The notes: generated from the sequence alone by a model not told the origin. Shown: positions 41,697 through 50,850, numbered from the stretch's first letter. The stretch: 64,000 nt of DNA from Opitutales bacterium (GCA_965197745.1 CBDANS010000007.1:576001-640000), one strand, 5' to 3'. Numbers and translations: made by a program.

Positions 41697-42693
41697 TTAA
41701 GTGAGAGAGTTCCCGGGTATTAATGGTTTTAGGATTGATGTATATGAGAGATCTTGGCGAAGTGAGGGCGTAGCCCGAACGCGGCCAAGATCTGAAAGGA
41801 ATGTGACAAACTCTTGTGGGCTTTTAAAGCCTAAACGACTGTGGGGATGATCATGGTTATAGGTCTGGCGCCATTGTTCGATTACAACTTGTGCTTCAGC
41901 CACGCTGAGCAACACTTCACGGTTCAAACACTCATCGCGTAAGCGGTTGTGAAACGACTCGATGAAACCGTTTTGCCAGGGACTGCCCGGATCGATATAT
42001 ATCGCCTTGATCTTTTTGTCGGACAACGACTGCTGCACTTGATGAGCAATGAATGGCTTCGCATGTCGTCGCTTCGCTCCTCGGAACACTGCCGTTGTCA
42101 CTACGGATATAGCTGGGAGCTCCCTCCTTTTCAATGGCCTCGCTAAGCACAGAGAGGACATCCGATGAGGTGAGTTCACGAGCGACCCGGATATCCAGAC
42201 ATTCACGCGTATATGTCTTCGCTTCGCTTGAGTGTCGTCGCTTTCAGCTCCTCGGTACATCGATCAGAGTCATCATCTTTAATGGACCGCCATGGTCTGT
42301 GCGATCATGGACAAAGTCCCAGGACCAAAGGTGATTGCGACCGGTTGCTTTAGTAGGCGACCCCGTAGAGACCCCTTGACGGTGTCTACGCTTTTTAGGT
42401 GGCTTTACCTGCAACCCTTCTGAACGTCGTACTGCCTGAACAAACTTCCTGTTTGTTGTCCAGCCTTCCTTTACGAGCAAGGCACGGATGCGCCGGTAAC
42501 CGTAGCAGGGATGTTCCCAGGACAGGGTTATAATCCGCTCGGCCAACCGCTGAGCTTTCTTACTGGCCTGCTTGGGCTGGTAGCTGAAAGTTGACCAACT
42601 GAGGCTGAGGTAGGAACAAGCCCTTCGCAACGAGCACAGCCCTCTCTCAGCCGCATCTTTTACTACTCGCTTCTTCTGCTTGGGGCTCACCAC
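41697..42693 (-). pseudogene. IS3 OrfB DDE transposase, interrupted by two short insertions (about 42055-42086 and 42215-42257)
   Basis: YGYRRI, WSWDFVHD, LID[ins]YTRECL, IRSDNGS[ins]FIA, PGSPWQNGFIESF..RLRDECL. Confidence 0.88.
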
Positions 42694-42953
42694 TTTTTTG
42701 ACAGCGTTTCCTCCATTACCTGATTCTTAAGCATTTGATCAGCGAGCATCTTCTTCAACTCGGTGTTTTCTTTTTCCAGCTCTTTAAATCGCTTCGCATC
42801 GGCTAGTTCCAAATTGCCATACTTTTTACCCCAGCGATAGAAGGTCTGTTCACTCACGTTGTTGCCTCGGCAGATTTCCTCTACCGTTTTTCCGGTATCG
42901 GCTTGCCGCAGTATTGCGATGATCTGTTCTGTTGTGTATCTTTTTCTTTTCAT
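42687..42953 (-). CDS. IS3 OrfA (HTH)
   Basis: MKRKRYTTEQII.ILRQ...EICR..NVSEQTFYRW..KY...LEKEN.ELKK. Confidence 0.92.
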   Translation of the reverse strand: MKRKRYTTEQIIAILRQADTGKTVEEICRGNNVSEQTFYRWGKKYGNLELADAKRFKELEKENTELKKMLADQMLKNQVMEETLSKKW

Positions 42954-43332
42954 GAGGTTATCTGTTTATCCCGATAACCTCTCTCTGTTAATGATACCAT
43001 TTTTGGGGGTCACTCCACCGTTTATACAGGCATATTGTGACCAATGGAATACAAGCCGTGTATACGATGGTATACTTCTGATGATGCTGAAATGCGAAGG
43101 GGTACAGTAATTAATATCTGCCCATCACCCTTATTGCAAAAAATGTAGTATCTGCCTAAACCGATTAGATGAGACCGAGGGTAGGGAACATTGACACCCC
43201 CGCCCCTCTTGATGAACTTGATATTATAGGCACAATTTATCCTTTATATTGAATATCAGAATGTTTTTAATGCACCAGAAATGCACCAGTGAATTTATAA
43301 GTTTAATTATTGCTGTCTTAAGTATTTGAATA

Positions 43333-43713
43333 TCAAGCTGAGGAGAGGTGGCAGAGTGGCTGACTACGAAGGTTAGAAACCTGAGACCCCATGTGCCTGG
43401 CTGCATCAGGCACAGTAGAAGTAAAATCGACTTTACATTATTCCATGAGTCGCAAATCGTCAGGCTGAGGAAAGGTGGCAGAGTGGCTGACTACGAAGGT
43501 TAGAAACCTGAGACCCCATGTGCCTGGCTGCATCAGGCACAGTAGAAGTAAAATCGACTTTGCATTATTCCATGAGTCGCAAATCGTCAGGCTGAGGAAA
43601 GGTGGCAGAGTGGCCGACTACGAAGGTTGAAAACCTGAGACCCCATGTGCCTGGCTGCATCAGGCACAATAGAAGTAAAATCGACTTTACATTAATCCAT
43701 GAGTCGCAAATCG
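43333..43713 (+). repeat. Three tandem 127-bp units, each containing a modified 5' half of tRNA-Ser
   Basis: GCTGAGG recurs at 43337, 43464, 43591 and 43718 (period 127). Units differ by a few SNPs. Confidence 0.95.
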
Positions 43714-43722
43714 TCAAGCTGA

Positions 43723-43812
43723 GGAGAGGTGGCAGAGTGGCCGAATGTGCCTGACTCGAAATCAGGTGGTGGAGCAATCCACCCGGGGGTTCGAATCCCT
43801 CCCTCTCCGCCA
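43723..43812 (+). tRNA. tRNA-Ser (anticodon CGA)
   Basis: GGAGAGG...CCTCTCC-G-CCA acceptor, anticodon arm CCTGA-CTCGAAA-TCAGG, long variable arm, GGTTCGAATCC. Confidence 0.97.
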
Positions 43813-44356
43813 GTTCAATTGCGGATTGTCGATTGTCGATTGGATAAGATTTATCAATGGCGGATTTATTTTTGCTTCGAGTTGGCTCTGGCGGATTTGC
43901 GTGAGGTCACGACAATGGCGGTAATTTCGTTTGCTTCTTGTTTTACTTCTTGGAGGTAGTTGTAAGGAAGAATTCCCGATTCTTCGGTTAGCTCTAACCA
44001 GAATAGAGTTTCGTCAGCTTCTTCTTCAACAATACCAAGTTTTGCTATGAACTCCGTTTTGCTTCTTGCTCTACAAGCTGATCGATAATTCGAAGCTACA
44101 GATGTTCCACATCGTACGATTTGATTGCTTATAATTCTTGCGGTTGAAGTTTTGGGTAATGCTTCAACCATTTTCAGTATTTTCAAAGCAAAAATTTTAG
44201 TCCTATTCTTCATTATATCTGGATTCATATAATGTAAGAATTCGGATAAACTCTGTTTTTTATTAAGGCTTTAATCGAATTTCTCAATCAGCAATCGAAA
44301 ATCGAAAATCGAAAATCGAAAATTCCCCAAGATCCCTCCCTCTCCGCCAGTTCAAT
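43795..44356. mobile_element. tRNA 3'-anchored mini-element: 25-bp direct repeats, inverted heptamer arms, four-helix-bundle gene
   Basis: ATCCCTCCCTCTCCGCCAGTTCAAT is identical at 43795-43819 and 44332-44356. Arms are (GATTGTC)n at 43817-43844 and (AAATCGA)n at 44285-44324. Confidence 0.7.
43866..44228 (-). CDS. Four helix bundle protein (23S rRNA intervening-sequence protein/TIGR02436-like)
   Basis: RTK.FAL.I...V..LP......I..QI.RCGTSVASNYR.ACRARSK.EFIAKL.IVEEEADET.FWLEL ... EANEI.AI. Confidence 0.92.
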   Translation of the reverse strand: MNPDIMKNRTKIFALKILKMVEALPKTSTARIISNQIVRCGTSVASNYRSACRARSKTEFIAKLGIVEEEADETLFWLELTEESGILPYNYLQEVKQEANEITAIVVTSRKSARANSKQK

Positions 44357-44791
44357 GTTAGATGTCGCCCACGCGGTAGCGGGGCTTGGTAGTCGATTTC
44401 GGATTTTCGATGAGGGATGTCGGGCTGTGCCCTCGGTAGTCGATTGGATAGAATAGCCACCAGCCGTCGTCCCGCGGTGGCGGGACTATGGCCGGCAAGC
44501 AAAAGGCACTACCAGAGCGCAGCGAGATCTTCCAAAGGCAGAAGAGATAATAATTTAGATAAGTATTTTTCAAGATAAGCTGTTTGGTAACCGACAGGAA
44601 CAATCGGCATTCGTACCGAGGGCGTTGCCCGACATCTTCCAAATCGACAATTGGCTCGTCCCTGAGATGCAAAATTAGGACCGTGACCAACCATCGCTTC
44701 TCTTCCCTGCGTGTGAAGGAAATTAGTCATTGAAATCCTGTCGCCGGTGCAGTTATAATGCTGATTAAATTTTAAAGCGAGGAAAGTTCAA

Positions 44792-45667
44792 ATGCTTGAT
44801 TTCAAAGTGAGTCCGTTACCCGGTAATTTCGGAGCCGAGGTCACGAATATTGACGTCTCATCTGATAAATTTACGGATGTGACGTTTAAAGAATTATTAC
44901 AGGTATTATATGATAACCGGCTAGTGGTTATTCGTGATCAAATGCTATCCAAGGCGGAATATCTGGCATTTGGAAAGCGATTTGGAACGCCCATTCCCCA
45001 CGTCCTCACGGAAGTGCGAATGCCGAATTTTCCGGAAATGTTGGCTATTACCAATACCAAAAAAAGTGATGATAGCGACAAACCGCGCAATGGTGCTGCT
45101 CAGTGGCATACCGACCAATCCTACGATGCGGAACCGGCAACAGCGACTATGCTCTATTCCATAAAAGCACCCAAATACGGTGGAGAAACGCTTTTCTGTG
45201 ATATGATGAGTGCTTATGAAGCTTTACCTGAAAAAACGCGGGCACAAATTGATGATCTTGAAGTTGAACATCTCTGGGGTAGAGGAGTTGCCGCGCGCCC
45301 GGAAGATATAGCGCCTCAGAAACTCAGTCGGAATCAGGCTAATACGGTGCCCAGAATCACACACCCGCTTGTAAAAAGACATCCGATTACAGGAAAGAAA
45401 ACCCTCTATTCAGTGATTGGAACAAGTCGTGGGATAATAGGTATGTCCCACGTAAAGGCTAAAAAGCTGCTAAATGAGCTTGGGAATCATGCCTTTCAAG
45501 ACTGTTACAGGACGATGCATAAGTACCGTGAGAATGATATCACTATTTGGGATACGACAGCAACGATGCATAGTGCGTCTCCCATATCGGAATTCCCGCA
45601 ACCGGAGGATGTCCGTTTGCTATACCGTATCAGCGTGCGGGGGCTTCCAACTGTTTTCCATAACTGA
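44792..45667 (+). CDS. TauD/TfdA family 2OG dioxygenase
   Basis: FGAEV, WHTDQSY, GGETLFCDM.SAYEAL, HPLVKRHP.TG.K.LY, IWD...TMH. Confidence 0.92.
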   Translation: MLDFKVSPLPGNFGAEVTNIDVSSDKFTDVTFKELLQVLYDNRLVVIRDQMLSKAEYLAFGKRFGTPIPHVLTEVRMPNFPEMLAITNTKKSDDSDKPRNGAAQWHTDQSYDAEPATATMLYSIKAPKYGGETLFCDMMSAYEALPEKTRAQIDDLEVEHLWGRGVAARPEDIAPQKLSRNQANTVPRITHPLVKRHPITGKKTLYSVIGTSRGIIGMSHVKAKKLLNELGNHAFQDCYRTMHKYRENDITIWDTTATMHSASPISEFPQPEDVRLLYRISVRGLPTVFHN

Positions 45668-45855
45668 TTATCGGTGTAAGGGCATTCAGTATGCCCCCGC
45701 TACTATCAGGACTTAGGCCGATCGATATCCATGCGTCCCTCCAATATGCATCCTTTAATTACTGGTATTTAGGGCGTAAACCGAGACGAAGACGAAGCTT
45801 ATTGTGACTGGTCCTTATCTAAAACCCATTAGGGTTAAAACCTTTTATTAACTCC

Positions 45856-46683
45856 TTAATTAATTTCGGGAACAAGATGCCGGCGGTCCACGGGTAAATG
45901 ATGGGTCATTTCTTTGAAAAAATTGACTAACTCTGTCCTGCTCTTGTTTCGTTCAGGGACCTTGTATTCGAGAGCTTTCGGTTTCAATCCGAGATACAAT
46001 ACCTTGCGAGCTTCGGTATCCGTGTTTTCAGAAGCGCCGTGTAATATCGAACTGATAAAGAAAGTGATTTGGCCGGCCTTAGCTAAAACTATAGTGGGGT
46101 CACCAAAAGGGTAATCAGGCAGATCAGGTCTCCGCGATCCAGTAGTGTCTATTAATTCCGGGTGCTCATCGTAATACTTCCCAATGGGGATATGACTTCC
46201 CGGCCAGATTTTAATGGGCGCGCGGTCCGGGTTGACATCGGTCAAATAGATCATCGAACTTATTCCGATACGGCGCGGCCTGGCAGTAATTTCGGAATAG
46301 CGAAATTTGCTGTCAACATGCTCTATCGATACTTTTTTAGAAATTCGAAGGGGATAGGTCTTGCTCATGGCGAACCCGTTAAAGGTTACCTCGTCGGTAA
46401 ATAATAATTGTTTAGCGGCTCCTTCAATAAAAGGATGATAATAAATATTCAGGAGTGCCGGATTATAATATTCATGTAATTTACCGCCCTTGGAAACGAT
46501 ATCACGCGTGACCCTGGTGGCATCATAGATGTCTTTTTTACTCTCCTCATAGGGCAACATTTCATCCATTACCATTGCTGCGGCTTCAATTTCCTCCGCG
46601 GTGAAGGGACCGTCGACAGTGACAGCTCCATCCGTATCAAATCGATTAACCTGCTCTTCACTTAAGCTCTGGGGCGCGATCAT
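45856..46683 (-). CDS. PhyH-family dioxygenase
   Basis: LSEEQVNRFDTDG, EHVD, YLTDV...AP..IWPGSH, AGQ..FF....LHGA..N....R. Confidence 0.8.
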   Translation of the reverse strand: MIAPQSLSEEQVNRFDTDGAVTVDGPFTAEEIEAAAMVMDEMLPYEESKKDIYDATRVTRDIVSKGGKLHEYYNPALLNIYYHPFIEGAAKQLLFTDEVTFNGFAMSKTYPLRISKKVSIEHVDSKFRYSEITARPRRIGISSMIYLTDVNPDRAPIKIWPGSHIPIGKYYDEHPELIDTTGSRRPDLPDYPFGDPTIVLAKAGQITFFISSILHGASENTDTEARKVLYLGLKPKALEYKVPERNKSRTELVNFFKEMTHHLPVDRRHLVPEIN

Positions 46684-46761
46684 GATTTGGCTTTCTCTTT
46701 AAAATTATTTACATAAATCTAATAGGAGTGACCATATACAATAATAAAGTATAGTAATACC

Positions 46762-47163
46762 ATGAATGTTAGCAATCTGGAATTTTCATTCGAGCGAGAA
46801 ATTCAAGGGGAAGATCTTCACCGTTTAATGATTCAATCGACCTGGGGAAACAGGAGAACGGTAACTGGCCTGGGCAAAATGTTGCAACATTCCACGCTAA
46901 AGCTTGGAGTTTGGGAGGGCGAGAAGCTTGTTGGATTTGCTCGAGCATTTTCATATGGCGCCTACCGGTCGTTGATAGAGGATGTTATTGTGGACGAGGC
47001 CTATCGTGGAAAAGGTATCGGCACGAAAATAATGCAGCTTATGATAGAAAAATTATCCAAGGTGGATGAAATTTATCTATTTTGTGGTGAAAACCGAGAA
47101 ACCTATTATCACCGTTTTGGATTCAGCTTGACTCCACATCTCAGCATGCGTCTATGCCCATAA
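46762..47163 (+). CDS. GNAT family acetyltransferase
   Basis: LVGFAR, DVIVDEAYRGKGIG, YYHRFGF. Confidence 0.9.
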   Translation: MNVSNLEFSFEREIQGEDLHRLMIQSTWGNRRTVTGLGKMLQHSTLKLGVWEGEKLVGFARAFSYGAYRSLIEDVIVDEAYRGKGIGTKIMQLMIEKLSKVDEIYLFCGENRETYYHRFGFSLTPHLSMRLCP

Positions 47164-47202
47164 GTGATAACAAATTCTTCAATAATATAAATAAATTTAA
47201 TT

Positions 47203-48675
47203 ATGCGCGTAGGTATAGTTTCCCTCATCCACGAATCCAATACATTCATCAGTATTAAAACTGATTTAGAGATGTTCAAATCCAGTTTTCTCTTATTCGG
47301 AGAGGATGTTTATAAGGCTTTTGCCGGTGGACATCATGAGATCAGCGGTTTTTTCAAGGGTCTCGAAGAAAACAATCTTGAAGCAGTACCTATATTTTAT
47401 GCTTCAACTCCACCATCGGGAACGATCACCCACGAGACTTGCGATGAACTGATGAGATTGATTTTTGCAGGTGTTGAAGAGGCCGGAAGTCTTGATGGCA
47501 TGCTGATTGCGCCACATGGAGCGAATGCGGGTGAAGGGGACGAATATCGTGATCTCGACGGTCATTGGCTTTCTCGTCTGCGCCAGACAGTAGGCGCTGA
47601 TTTTCCGATAATCTGTACCATTGATCCGCACGCCAACCTTTCGCCGAGAATGGTTGAATCTTGTGATGCAACCATTGCCTATCGAAGCACTCCGCACCTC
47701 GATCAAAAGGAACGTGGAATCGAAGCAGCGCAGCTCATGGTTAGGATGCTTCGCGATGAAATCAAACCGACGCAGGCGGCGTCATTCGTGCCCCTTGCCA
47801 TGAATATTGAAGCTCAGCGTACCCTCGAACCACCCTGTTTACCCCTGTATGAGTTGACTGACCAATTACTTTCTCAACCCGGCGTTCTATCGAACAGTGT
47901 TGTCCAGGGGTTTCCCTACGCCGATGTCGAGGAAATGGGAACGGCTTTTATCACCGTCACCGACAATAATCCCGAATTGGCTCAACAACTGTCGAATCAA
48001 CTGGCTGATTACCTTGTCGCTCATCGCAAAGATTTTGCGGGTCAACTAATCAGCGTCGATGATGCGGTCAGCGAGGCGCTTGCGCAGGAAGGCCCGGTGT
48101 GTCTTCTCGATATGGGAGATAATGCTGGGGGCGGTTCAGCGGGAGATGGAACGGTGATCGCCCATGAATTGCTGTGTCGTGGTGAAGTGAAAGCTTTTCT
48201 CTGTCTCTATGATCCGGAATCAATGAATGCTGCCAATAACGCGGGCGTAGGCAAGCGACTTAAATTACGCATGGGAGGTAAAGTCGATAACCAGCATGGG
48301 TCGCCGATAGAAGCAGAAGTCACGGTGCGCAGCCTGCATGAAGGAAAGTATCAAGAAACGGAAGTTCGCCATGGGGGGCATACCCATTTTGATATGGGAC
48401 CAACCGCGATTGTTGAGACTGATTCAGGATTAACCGTCAGCTTGACGACCCGACGCATTATACCCGTAAGCCTGGGATTAATGACGAGTTGCGATTTGGA
48501 TCCCGCTAGTTTTCACATCATTATCGCGAAGGGTGTGCACTCGCCCGTGCCCGCCTATGAACCGGTGTGTAAAAGTTTGATTCGAGTTAATACCCCGGGC
48601 ACCACCACAGCAAATATACGGAAATTCATTTATCACCACCGGCGCAAACCCTTGTATCCCTTTGAGGAGATATAA
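47203..48675 (+). CDS. M81 family metallopeptidase (MlrC-like)
   Basis: HESNTF, PHGA, DPHANLS, YRSTPHLD, GFPYADV, DMGDNAGGGS.GD, AKGVH. Confidence 0.9.
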   Translation: MRVGIVSLIHESNTFISIKTDLEMFKSSFLLFGEDVYKAFAGGHHEISGFFKGLEENNLEAVPIFYASTPPSGTITHETCDELMRLIFAGVEEAGSLDGMLIAPHGANAGEGDEYRDLDGHWLSRLRQTVGADFPIICTIDPHANLSPRMVESCDATIAYRSTPHLDQKERGIEAAQLMVRMLRDEIKPTQAASFVPLAMNIEAQRTLEPPCLPLYELTDQLLSQPGVLSNSVVQGFPYADVEEMGTAFITVTDNNPELAQQLSNQLADYLVAHRKDFAGQLISVDDAVSEALAQEGPVCLLDMGDNAGGGSAGDGTVIAHELLCRGEVKAFLCLYDPESMNAANNAGVGKRLKLRMGGKVDNQHGSPIEAEVTVRSLHEGKYQETEVRHGGHTHFDMGPTAIVETDSGLTVSLTTRRIIPVSLGLMTSCDLDPASFHIIIAKGVHSPVPAYEPVCKSLIRVNTPGTTTANIRKFIYHHRRKPLYPFEEI

Positions 48676-48699
48676 GGGGTGAAAATCCTATGATTTTCA

Positions 48700-48765
48700 G
48701 TGTTAAGTTTTAGGTGTTAGGTTTTAAGTAAATTGACCTAAAACATAAAACCTTACACATAACAC
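48700..48765. repeat. Inverted pair of heptamer tandem arrays with no intervening gene
   Basis: GTGTTAA GTTTTAG GTGTTAG GTTTTAAG ... CCTAAAAC ATAAAAC CTTACAC ATAACAC. Confidence 0.7.
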
Positions 48766-49507
48766 GCGCATCAGCGCTCCATCGCTTTGCCTTCGACCTT
48801 CGGCCTTCGACTTTTGACTCCTTACCTCAAATATATACCGGGCGTCCGGTTTATTTCTGTAGCGGGACAGCCGGTTGGTTCGTCAACAGCTAAAGGTCTC
48901 AATGGGTCACCGATATTCCCTTCCCACCAATTTGAAATCTTCGATTTGTAGGTATTGGCATAAGCTTCTTTAATAGAGGATGGATAAATATCATAATCGA
49001 AAAGAAACCATCCTAGGAGGAGAGGGCGATGTTGAGGTGTATTATTAGCATTAGCCGAGTGGAGTAGCCGTGCATCTCCCATAACTATCGATCCTTCACT
49101 GGTCGGTACATTTACGGCATCGGGAACATCTTCAAATACAGGGTGATCCGATGGAAGATTTTCAGTTTTTGAATCATGCGCGATGGGTATTTTGTCATGA
49201 AGGGCGTTGCGCTTCAAATGACTCCCCGGGATGACGCGGAAGCAACCATTCTCGATCGTGGTCTCTTCAAGATAGTAGGAAAGAAACACCTGCATCGGTC
49301 GTGGTTCACTGCTGACGGGTTCGTCCCACCAAAGCCAATCCTGATGCCAATATAAGCGGGGACTGAAGGGGGGCTTATTGATAAGAAATAAGTTACCCAT
49401 CCAACGCACATCGTCGAACCCCATCAATGTTAATCGCGTTTATAACCTTTACACAAGTTTAATTGTGTGTTATATTTACCCTCAATTAAACCAAAATTAA
49501 GGACAAT

Positions 49508-50362
49508 ATGAAAAGTTTCTATGAATTCCAAAAGCAATTCCCTAACGATGAAGCATGTTTGCAACGTATTATGGTTGAGCGCTATGGTGGCACAGAGCTT
49601 GACTGCCCAAAATGTGACGCTTTTAGTAAGTTTTATCGCATGACAAGAGATCGTGGATATGTATGCCAACACTGTGGTCATCATCTTTACCCATGTGTTG
49701 GAACACTTATGGGGAATACCCACCTTCCTCTCCATAAGTGGTTCTACGCCATGTATTTGTTTTCTACTTCTCGGCATGGTGTTGCAGCAATGGAACTGAG
49801 TCGGCAACTTGACGTGCCATACAAAACCGCATGGCGTATGGCGCACGAAATTCGCAAATATATGGCGGACGTTGACGGTGAAAATACTTTGAAAGGTATT
49901 GTAGAAGCCGACGAAATCTATATTTGGGGGAGACATTCTGGGGGCAAGCGTGGACGTGGTGCATCTAATAAAACGGTGGTCTTTGGGATGCTTGAACGTA
50001 ACGGCGAAATAATGACTAAAATTGTTCCTAATGTTCGCAAACACGTCCTTCAACCCATTGTTAAAGAAAACGTGAAACAAGGAAGCATAATGCATACTGA
50101 TGAACTCCGATCTTATAATGGGATTAATAAAATTGGTTATAGGCATAGAACTGTTAATCACGGGGATGGCGAATATAGTCGGGGAGATATTCATGTTAAC
50201 GGGATTGAGGGGTTCTGGGCGCGCTTGAAGCTTTCGATACGCGGGACGCACGTCCACGTTTCGAAGAAGCATCTCCAGAAATATGTGAAGGAGTTTGAAT
50301 ATCGCTACAATCGTCGGGATTGGCCGAACGCGATTTTTGGGGATTTGGTCGCAAATCTTTAG
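49508..50362 (+). CDS. IS1595 family transposase
   Basis: Zn ribbon CPKC..CQHC, HTH, VEADE, GKRGRGA, MHTDE, VNH, NGIEGFW, Y..EF.YRYN. Confidence 0.95.
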   Translation: MKSFYEFQKQFPNDEACLQRIMVERYGGTELDCPKCDAFSKFYRMTRDRGYVCQHCGHHLYPCVGTLMGNTHLPLHKWFYAMYLFSTSRHGVAAMELSRQLDVPYKTAWRMAHEIRKYMADVDGENTLKGIVEADEIYIWGRHSGGKRGRGASNKTVVFGMLERNGEIMTKIVPNVRKHVLQPIVKENVKQGSIMHTDELRSYNGINKIGYRHRTVNHGDGEYSRGDIHVNGIEGFWARLKLSIRGTHVHVSKKHLQKYVKEFEYRYNRRDWPNAIFGDLVANL

Positions 50363-50442
50363 AGCACGCTGCTTTGATCAGTGCATTAAACCTCGCCTGT
50401 GATTTAGTTGTCATTTTGAGTCATTAAGCGTTCTATTTCTGA

Positions 50443-50850
50443 TCATGGTATGGTAACAAAGCAATCAACGAGTAATTGATAAGCTCCTTTCCTCTTACAG
50501 CCACGTTTACCACGTACATATACTACAGTTCCAACATCGTATGGAGGGCGTTTATAATCTTTTGTAGAGCATTGAATGTCGTATAAAAATTCGCCTTGCA
50601 TATCTCGAGCAAAAAAGTGATCGAGACCATCAATATTCTCAACTCTCAAAACATATATCACATAGTTTTGTTTGAAAACAAAAAGCCACGTTTTTAATTC
50701 AGGAATAGCACATAAAAGAACACACAAAAGCATCAAACTTGCAAAGCCAAACAATATCATTGTGGACTCCTGGTGGATGTAGAACTCGATAATAAGACCA
50801 ATCCCGACTCCAAAGCCAAACAGGAAACAGTTTCTAAGTCTTTTAACCAC
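50443..50850 (-). CDS. Hypothetical membrane-anchored passenger protein inside IS1595
   Basis: Two N-terminal hydrophobic helices; lies between the transposase and the right TIR. Confidence 0.5.
   Translation of the reverse strand: MVKRLRNCFLFGFGVGIGLIIEFYIHQESTMILFGFASLMLLCVLLCAIPELKTWLFVFKQNYVIYVLRVENIDGLDHFFARDMQGEFLYDIQCSTKDYKRPPYDVGTVVYVRGKRGCKRKGAYQLLVDCFVTIP

Larger units (their letters stand above)
41668..43017 (-). mobile_element. IS3-family insertion sequence (decayed)
   Basis: Ends TGATTGGACCCCGTTTTTCGTACCA and (minus strand) TGGAGTGACCCCCAAAAATGGTATCA. orfA and orfB overlap at an AAAAAAG slippery site. No clear TSD. Confidence 0.9.

Noticed and set aside
43018..43110. 5' part of the Sel1 gene on the far side of IS3
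   Set aside because: The minus-strand translation there is not Sel1-like and no TSD is evident, so an adjacent deletion or rearrangement is more likely.
43333..43713. Extra functional tRNA genes (e.g. tRNA-Cys from the CTGCA loop) in the repeats
   Set aside because: The units lack a T arm, the 3' acceptor strand and CCA, and the D arm is interrupted.
43333..43744. CRISPR array interpretation of the 127-bp periodic repeats
   Set aside because: Whole units are near-identical with no unique spacers, the repeat derives from tRNA-Ser, and no cas genes are present.
43866..44228. Diversity-generating retroelement (Avd-like gene plus nearby repeats)
   Set aside because: No reverse transcriptase in the window, and no TR/VR pair with adenine-specific differences or target gene.
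49430..50272. 280-aa antisense ORF over the IS1595 transposase, and other long shadow ORFs (e.g. 13096-13722, 28253-28813, 53120-53638)
   Set aside because: They are antisense or alternate-frame shadows of well-supported genes, with no motifs of their own.
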